From the sequence record OR228459.1: 64,000 bases of DNA; one strand, 5' to 3'. Made by a program: the position numbers and the translations under genes. Positions 57,784-64,000 of this stretch are shown piece after piece (within the stretch, counting starts at the first letter, position 1; each line of letters opens with the position of its first letter). Under the pieces are notes generated by a model. That model was not told the DNA's origin, did no database searches, and worked only from the letters and a program-made list of their open reading frames with translations.

Positions 57784-58659
57784 TTATTTCTTCTGGTTTG
57801 GCAATGAGAAGCTGAATCCGAAAAAATTAGATGGATCATAACGTAGTTTGTCAATTTCCCATTGATGGTGACACTCAGAGCATTCAACATCCATTTTATG
57901 ACTAATACCAATTTCTTGTAACTCATCTGAAGTTTCACGTACTTCTTTAAGTGTATTTTTTGGTAAAGAACTTACCCATTCCGTGATAAATTCATCTTCA
58001 TTAACGATTTCACCATCAGGGGTTTCAATTTTATCAATACTTTTAACAATCATGTCAAAGTTCAATTGTGTCATTGCTTCAAACACTTCAGCAAACATTT
58101 TCTTCTTCTCTTCAAGAATTTCTTCTTCATCACCTTCCATAAAGTCAATCATTTCTGCTTTCTTTTGTTCTTGAAACATACGTTGACCGAAATCACTGTA
58201 TTCTTCCCAAGTATAAGGTTTAAAGTACACTTTAAGACCATTTGAAAGTTCAACTATTGGTTGTTTTTCAAAATATGTCATAGTGTCTAGAAGATTTTGT
58301 AGATTACGGTGGAACGCACCTTCATGACCGCATTCAGGGCAAGTAGTTTGAATTTCATAATCTTCTTCTTTGGAAGCTACTTTAATAGCGATCATTAATT
58401 GTTCTACGTCATTAACAAAAAGTTTACCTGCGTCATTAACACCGGGAACACAGTTCTCAATCACTTTAATTATTGCATCACCACCAATTAGTGCATCTGG
58501 TGTATTAAGCATAATTTCATCACGTGCAGAACGTGCACATACTCCTAACTTAATACTTTCTAGTACTTCTTTATCGTACTTAATTACATTGTTACTTGAA
58601 AGTTTAACAAAGATTTCTTCAATCTTAGTATATTTCGATAGTGGGTTCATTTTACTCAT
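57784..58659 (-). CDS. gp26: Baseplate hub assembly protein (T4 gp26-like)
   Basis: NPL.KY, RDEI.L.TPDAL..G......CVP, DV..L..AI..AS, CP.CG and C..C.H zinc motifs, D..NFF near the end. Confidence 0.75.
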   Translation of the reverse strand: MSKMNPLSKYTKIEEIFVKLSSNNVIKYDKEVLESIKLGVCARSARDEIMLNTPDALIGGDAIIKVIENCVPGVNDAGKLFVNDVEQLMIAIKVASKEEDYEIQTTCPECGHEGAFHRNLQNLLDTMTYFEKQPIVELSNGLKVYFKPYTWEEYSDFGQRMFQEQKKAEMIDFMEGDEEEILEEKKKMFAEVFEAMTQLNFDMIVKSIDKIETPDGEIVNEDEFITEWVSSLPKNTLKEVRETSDELQEIGISHKMDVECSECHHQWEIDKLRYDPSNFFGFSFSLPNQKK

Positions 58660-58674
58660 AAGGACTCCATATAA

Positions 58675-58702
58675 TAAATAATTCTATATAATTTTATTTA
58701 TA
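58675..58702. promoter_or_regulatory. Overlapping divergent late promoters
   Basis: TAAATA on plus (58675-58680) and TATAAATA on minus (58695-58702). Confidence 0.65.
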
Positions 58703-58712
58703 AGGAATGTAT

Positions 58713-60941
58713 ATGGCAATTGATAACAGTTATGTCTTGACGCAAATACTTCAAGAACAAACAAAAGCAAATGACCATTTATCAACCATGCGTGAACTAT
58801 TGGCAGATAGTTTAAAAATACAACAGAAACAGTCCAAAAAAGGAAATAATGGCTCCGGTGATAACGGAAGTAGTGATGATTCTAGTGGAAGCGGTGGTGG
58901 TAGTGGTGGAGATAGACGCCGAAGAGGTGGAAGACGAGATCCACAACCAAACTCTAAAAAACTATTTAAGCAATTATTCGGTGAAATGAAAAATTTCACA
59001 AGAACCACACTTGGTAATAGTGCCACTGCATCAAACGTAGTAGGCTCTCTAGGGACTAGCTTAGGATCTTTGGGTAGTTCCCTTAAAATGATCCCCGGCC
59101 CCGTAGGAGCGGCAGCAACAGCGTTCACTGCTATTGTTGATGTTGGTATGAAAGTCTATGATTACATGAATGAACAACTTAACATGTATAACCAATTAAA
59201 CAGTGCCGGGTTAACACTTAGGGATGGTATGTTAACTGCTCGTGCTGCTTCATCTAAGTCTTTTATGAGTTTAAATGAATTTAACGAAGCAATTCAACGT
59301 AACAGTACAACAATTGCTGCTATGGATGGTCAATACGGTGATGGTGTTGTGCATTTTGCTGATTTAATGAATTCTGTACAACAATTACAGCAAGTTAATG
59401 GTCTTTATGGTGTATCCCAACAACAATTAGCAGACATTACGGCTAAAAACTTTAAATTCCAAAAACTATATGAATCACAGAACGCCTTAAGAAGTATTAA
59501 TCAGTCTCAAAGTACTTCGGAATTTGTAAACCAAATGACATATCTAAGTAAAACTGTTGGTAAATCAGTAGATGAATTATTAGGTAAATTTGATTCAATG
59601 GGTGAAACACTTGATAGTACTGTAACACAGTTTGCAATGACTGATAATTGGGGATTTGACCCAGATAAAGCCGCAGAAGTGACAAAAACTATGAATAGTG
59701 TATATTCGAGCATGGGTGAAACTGGACAAATTCTACAAAAAATTAATGCTTCTAGAATTTCATTATTCCAATTACCTGATGAATATAATAACCAGTTTAT
59801 GCAAGGTTATGCAGATATGATGGAAAGTTTGCAACGATCTGGAGTTACTGATGCTAAAGTTGTTCGTGAAACAATGGCAAAATACGTCAAAGAGCATGAA
59901 GAACAATTGAGATTGGAATTAATTGCACAACAACGATCTGGAAATGTTCAAGCAGCAGCACTATTAACTCAAATACGAAACCAAGAAAAATTATTCAATG
60001 ATAGTAACACCACAACCAATGCACAATTAGAACAGTACACAAATAATTTTAATATGTGGATTAGTAAAACATTTACTCAACCATTTAACGAAATGTATAC
60101 TAAAATGCAGTTGGGAGCTATGAAGTACTTAAGTGACCTAGCTGATCGTTCTGATGGAGCTTTTGATTTTCTTGCTAATATTGTCAAAGATGGTTATATG
60201 TATTTTAATTCATCAATGTCTGGTATGTTTGGTGTTTTATTGGATATTCCAGCAGAGTTGAGTAAAATAATTTTGGGTGACCAATATGATAAGATAAAAG
60301 GTGCTTTTGATAATATGATGGGGGATATTATTCAAATTCCTGCCAGAATTGGTTCCCTAATATGGGATTGGTTAACTGGTAGTGATATGGATAAATCAAA
60401 AGAGCAACTTCAAGGTACAATTCATAATGTATTTTCTGATTTTAATAATTTTTGGGACAAACTCTCCAATGTTAAATTAAACGCAGATGATATTAAGAAA
60501 CGCATGAAGGATGTTTTCGATAGCGTTAAAAAATCTCTAACTGGATGGTGGGATACCGCTAAAAGTTGGTTCAGTAGTGATGATCCAATTCCAAAAGAGG
60601 CACAAAAACAAGGAAAAAACACTCCACCAACAGCGTTGATAAATACAAATGCTACACAGGCACAGCAAACAGTTGTTGCATCAAATAAACCGCAACAACC
60701 ACCAGTACTAGCGGAACCACCGCAGTCCAAGCCTGAACGTATTTCTGAAGAAGCTAAAAAATCCGAAGAGAAAAGCCAACAACCACAAGTACAAGCTCCA
60801 TTATTCAATTATGATGAAGCTATGCTTGCTCAATTAAAAGCAATATCCAGTGCATTGGATGCAACTAATAGTGGCAATCAGCAAGTGGCACAGCTTCTTC
60901 GTCAAATTTCCGAAAATACTGAAGTAGGAAGACAAACTTAA
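58713..60941 (+). CDS. Tape-measure-like helical protein
   Basis: ~742 aa, predominantly helical, S/G/Q-rich, W/F-spaced C-terminal repeats, next to the gp26-like gene. Start placed at ATG 58713 after AAGGA. Confidence 0.5.
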   Translation: MAIDNSYVLTQILQEQTKANDHLSTMRELLADSLKIQQKQSKKGNNGSGDNGSSDDSSGSGGGSGGDRRRRGGRRDPQPNSKKLFKQLFGEMKNFTRTTLGNSATASNVVGSLGTSLGSLGSSLKMIPGPVGAAATAFTAIVDVGMKVYDYMNEQLNMYNQLNSAGLTLRDGMLTARAASSKSFMSLNEFNEAIQRNSTTIAAMDGQYGDGVVHFADLMNSVQQLQQVNGLYGVSQQQLADITAKNFKFQKLYESQNALRSINQSQSTSEFVNQMTYLSKTVGKSVDELLGKFDSMGETLDSTVTQFAMTDNWGFDPDKAAEVTKTMNSVYSSMGETGQILQKINASRISLFQLPDEYNNQFMQGYADMMESLQRSGVTDAKVVRETMAKYVKEHEEQLRLELIAQQRSGNVQAAALLTQIRNQEKLFNDSNTTTNAQLEQYTNNFNMWISKTFTQPFNEMYTKMQLGAMKYLSDLADRSDGAFDFLANIVKDGYMYFNSSMSGMFGVLLDIPAELSKIILGDQYDKIKGAFDNMMGDIIQIPARIGSLIWDWLTGSDMDKSKEQLQGTIHNVFSDFNNFWDKLSNVKLNADDIKKRMKDVFDSVKKSLTGWWDTAKSWFSSDDPIPKEAQKQGKNTPPTALINTNATQAQQTVVASNKPQQPPVLAEPPQSKPERISEEAKKSEEKSQQPQVQAPLFNYDEAMLAQLKAISSALDATNSGNQQVAQLLRQISENTEVGRQT

Positions 60942-60957
60942 TTGGAGACTTATATTA

Positions 60958-62703
60958 ATGAGTTGGAGAAGACAGATGACAACTGCGAGGTCGAAAGTAT
61001 CTACCTCCAGTATAGAACAAAATAAAGCCAGTACTGCTAAAAGTACTGGTTCTAAATCTAACTATGCTTCGTACTTACCAGTTGTTTATACTGGTTTGTC
61101 AAACCGCACAGATAGATATCGTCAATATGAACAAATGGATCAAGACCCTGAAATAAGAACATCACTAGATATTATTGCAGACTTTTGTACTCAAAGTACT
61201 GAAGATTTTGGTCTACCATTTAAAATTAGATATAAAGATAAAATAGGTGATTCAGAAGTAACAACTTTAGAAGATCGTTTGGAATCGTGGGCTGAACAAA
61301 ACGATTTTAAAACCAGAATTTATGAAATTGTTCGTGGTCTACTAAAATACGGAGATCAGTTCTTTGTACGTGACCCAGAAACAATGGAATGGATTTGGGT
61401 AAACCCTGCAAACGTTGAAGGTGTTTTTGTTAACGAAGAAACAGGTAAAAATCCAGTAGCTTATTTTATCCGGGATATTTCTTTTAATATGCGTGATAAA
61501 GTAATGTCAAACTTGCAAATTGGTTTTGATAAAATGGCATATCCGGGATCATTACCTAATGCATTGAGTGGTTCTGCTAGTCAATTCGGTGGAATGGGTG
61601 GTGGTTATGCTAATGCTGGGAATGCACAAAGTGCTGATCCGTTTAGTATGGCTGCTGGTCGTAAAGATGTTCTTCCTGTAGCGGCAGAACACGTAGTTCA
61701 CCTAACACTAAATACAGGACAAGATCCAGTGTGGCCTTTTGGTACTAGTATTCTTGAATATGTCTTTAAAGTTTATAAACAAAAGGAACTTCTAGAAGAT
61801 AGTATCATCATCTATCGTGTACAACGTGCTCCAGAACGCCGTGTATTTAAAATTGATGTTGGTGAAATGCAAACTCACCAAGCAATGGCATATGTTGAAA
61901 GATTTAAAAATGAAATCCACCAGCGTCGTATACCTTCTAATAAAGGTGGTAGTACTTCATTGATGGATGCAGCTTATAACCCATTAAGTATTTTAGAAGA
62001 CTATTTCTTCCCTCAATCTTCGGAAGGTCGTGGTAGTTCAGTAGAAACTCTACCGGGTGGTGATAACTTGGGTCAAATTGACGACTTGCGTTATTTTAAC
62101 AATAAATTGATTCGTGGTCTACAAATTCCAGCTTCATATCTACCACAGGGGCCAGATGATGGCGGTGTGGCTTTATTTGGAGATGGTGCAACCCAAGCAA
62201 TGACCAGTGAATTGCGTTTTAACAACCAATGTATGCGTTATCAGCGTTTAATCGCCAAAGTTTTCGATATGGAATTTAAACGTTATATGGTTAAGAATGG
62301 TTATAGTATTAGTGCTTCATCTTTTGAAGTAATCTTTAATCCACCAATTAACTTCGCTTCATATCGTAAAGCAGAATTGGATGCAAAACTAATTAGTACT
62401 TACATGTCGCTAGACGGACTTCCATATATTGCTAAACAAACAATTCTCAAGAAAATGGGCTTTGAACAAAGTGATATTGTTGAGAACGAACAAAACTGGC
62501 TCATGGAAAATCCTGATGCATTATCATCAGCACAGGGTGGTGAACAGGCAGGATTGAAATCGGTCGGCATCGATGCTCCTAATGATCCGGGAATGGATTT
62601 AGGTATGGATGAAGAAGGTAATATGGAAAGTGCTGATAAAGAATTCCAAGATATGGTTCAAAACGATGATTTTAACCCTAATAATTTAGGCAATTCTTTC
62701 TAA
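60958..62703 (+). CDS. gp20: Portal vertex protein (T4 gp20-like)
   Basis: MDQDPEI..SLDII, LLED...IYR..RAPERRVF.IDVG.M, EDYFFP...GRG..V.TLPGG.NLG.I.D..YF..KL. Confidence 0.95.
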   Translation: MSWRRQMTTARSKVSTSSIEQNKASTAKSTGSKSNYASYLPVVYTGLSNRTDRYRQYEQMDQDPEIRTSLDIIADFCTQSTEDFGLPFKIRYKDKIGDSEVTTLEDRLESWAEQNDFKTRIYEIVRGLLKYGDQFFVRDPETMEWIWVNPANVEGVFVNEETGKNPVAYFIRDISFNMRDKVMSNLQIGFDKMAYPGSLPNALSGSASQFGGMGGGYANAGNAQSADPFSMAAGRKDVLPVAAEHVVHLTLNTGQDPVWPFGTSILEYVFKVYKQKELLEDSIIIYRVQRAPERRVFKIDVGEMQTHQAMAYVERFKNEIHQRRIPSNKGGSTSLMDAAYNPLSILEDYFFPQSSEGRGSSVETLPGGDNLGQIDDLRYFNNKLIRGLQIPASYLPQGPDDGGVALFGDGATQAMTSELRFNNQCMRYQRLIAKVFDMEFKRYMVKNGYSISASSFEVIFNPPINFASYRKAELDAKLISTYMSLDGLPYIAKQTILKKMGFEQSDIVENEQNWLMENPDALSSAQGGEQAGLKSVGIDAPNDPGMDLGMDEEGNMESADKEFQDMVQNDDFNPNNLGNSF

Positions 62704-62706
62704 GAC

Positions 62707-62746
62707 TAAATAACAATGATGAGTTCACTTCGACTAAGAAGTGAAC
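62707..62746 (+). promoter_or_regulatory. Late promoter TAAATA followed by leader hairpin
   Basis: TAAATA at 62707-62712; GTTCACTTC/GAAGTGAAC stem at 62723-62746. Confidence 0.55.
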
Positions 62747-62762
62747 ACATTAGGAGATGTAT

Positions 62763-62999
62763 ATGTTAAATGAACTTTTTGAATCGAGAAATGATTCAAT
62801 GTACGATCCAGAAGATGATCAAACTGTGTATAAGCTAACTGATACACGTAAACCAAAATTAACTTTAAAAGTACTAAACAATTTACGAAAGTATCGTGAA
62901 TTTAAAGCTAATGAAGAAGAGAAACGTGCTCAGGTTGTAGCAGTAGTATATGCACCTGCACCTTCTGATGACGGCGGCGATATGGGCGGCTTAATGTAA
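62763..62999 (+). CDS. Small head-region protein
   Basis: AGGAG RBS spacing favours ATG 62763; lies between portal and scaffold-like gene. Confidence 0.7.
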   Translation: MLNELFESRNDSMYDPEDDQTVYKLTDTRKPKLTLKVLNNLRKYREFKANEEEKRAQVVAVVYAPAPSDDGGDMGGLM

Positions 63000-63038
63000 A
63001 AAATCCGTTTTTAAAGCTCTTTTTGAAAACGGATTTTT
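62999..63038. repeat. 13-bp perfect inverted repeat
   Basis: AAAAATCCGTTTT ... AAAACGGATTTTT. Confidence 0.85.
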
Positions 63039-63044
63039 AGTACG

Positions 63045-63052
63045 TATAAATA
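63045..63052 (+). promoter_or_regulatory. Late promoter TATAAATA
   Basis: Full T4 late consensus upstream of the scaffold-like gene. Confidence 0.75.
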
Positions 63053-63098
63053 ATGACATACTTAATTTAAAAAATTTGTATATCTATTGGAGGATATA

Positions 63099-63965
63099 AT
63101 GGCAAATAAAAAACTATTGCAAGAAGCAATTCAGGCTTTTGCTAACAACGAACAAGACCTAGCTGCTAAGAAAATGCGTAAGTATTTCCTCGAAGCCGCA
63201 CAGGAAATTAATAAAAAACTAGAAGAAGAAATGGAAGAAGAATGCGATCTAAATGAAGCAGACGAAACCGAAGAAGAATGTGAAGAAGTTATCGAAGAAG
63301 ATATCGACGGAAACATGGATTCTGGTCTAACTTCCGAAGTACAATATCAACTAGGCGAAGAAGATGAATCTGATGAAGAAGAAGTTGACGTTCAAGACCA
63401 CGATGGTGAAGAAGAAGTTGATTTTGATTCCGAAGAAGAAGTTGGCGGTGAAGATGTAAATCTATCCGGTGACGAATGGGAATCCATCAAAGATGCATTT
63501 GCTGATCTAGAAGCTATGTTTGACCGCATTGAAGACGGCGGTGATTTCGAAGTTGATGCTGAAGGTGACGAAATGGGTGATGCTGAAGCAGAAGTTGATT
63601 TTGATGCAGGTGCTGATGGTGAAGATGAATTTGCTGACATTAGTTTCGGTGACGAAAAAGTTGGCGAAGGTTACAAAATGAAACCAGTTAGCAAACCAGC
63701 TAATGATGCAGCTAAATCCAAATCTCCTGTTGCTCCAAACGCAAAATCTCCAGTAGATGGCGTTGCACCAGTTAAGATCAAAGACGGTACTGTAGTAACT
63801 AATGATGGCGAATTGCTAAAAAATAAAGATGCTGAAACTGCTAAAGTTGAAGACATGAACAACGTAATGGACAGTGCTAAAGGCATGATGAAAGACGCGA
63901 AGAAACCAAAAAATACTGCGGAAAAATCTCGTTCTCCACTACCTAAATCACAACCAAAATTTTAA
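63099..63965 (+). CDS. Acidic prohead core / scaffold-like protein
   Basis: Very D/E-rich N-terminal two thirds, K/P-rich tail, downstream of portal; GGAGG RBS before ATG 63099. Confidence 0.6.
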   Translation: MANKKLLQEAIQAFANNEQDLAAKKMRKYFLEAAQEINKKLEEEMEEECDLNEADETEEECEEVIEEDIDGNMDSGLTSEVQYQLGEEDESDEEEVDVQDHDGEEEVDFDSEEEVGGEDVNLSGDEWESIKDAFADLEAMFDRIEDGGDFEVDAEGDEMGDAEAEVDFDAGADGEDEFADISFGDEKVGEGYKMKPVSKPANDAAKSKSPVAPNAKSPVDGVAPVKIKDGTVVTNDGELLKNKDAETAKVEDMNNVMDSAKGMMKDAKKPKNTAEKSRSPLPKSQPKF

Positions 63966-63968
63966 TCA

Positions 63969-63974
63969 TAAATA
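63969..63974 (+). promoter_or_regulatory. Late promoter TAAATA for the next gene (beyond window)
   Basis: Followed by AAGGAG RBS at the window end. Confidence 0.55.
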
Positions 63975-64000
63975 AAAGAAAGAAGGAGATCATACACTAT

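Noticed and set aside
60452-60482. TTGGGACAAAC inside the tape-measure-like gene
   Set aside because: Matches the upstream half of the promoter motif but has no TGTGATATAAT downstream; explained by codons for FWDKL.

Overview
AT-rich segment of a large T4-related jumbo myovirus genome. Gene order and content resemble the RaK2/GAP32/121Q-like enterobacterial jumbo phages; this assignment is inference, no search was run. Late morphogenesis blocks (tail tube-fold proteins, gp4 head completion nuclease, fibre-like proteins, gp15, gp14-like neck, a 3342-aa baseplate protein, gp6, gp25, lysozyme, gp5-like spike, hub, gp53, gp26-like, tape-measure-like protein, portal gp20, scaffold-like protein) sit behind T4-type late promoters (TAAATA/TATAAATA). 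Five + strand cassettes share one promoter motif, TTGGGACAAA-N-TGTGATATAAT: MoxR-type AAA ATPase plus metallopeptidase-VWA; a small-gene cluster ending in thyA; clpA; late sigma gp55 plus gp47/gp46; and a non-coding region. No tRNA, rRNA or CRISPR array was recognised. Top findings: (1) a ~450-nt promoter-driven, terminator-bounded, highly base-paired non-coding RNA candidate (56937-57388) between a foreign-looking endonuclease gene and an AT-rich palindrome array; (2) a probable -1 programmed frameshift (T TTT TTC) fusing the gp26-like gene to an unannotated gp51-like ORF; (3) avoidance of CCWGG and GGWCC, visible in every Pro-Gly and Gly-Pro codon pair I checked; (4) a tail-spike lysozyme domain with Asp at the T4L Thr26 position, next to a free paralog with the canonical Thr.
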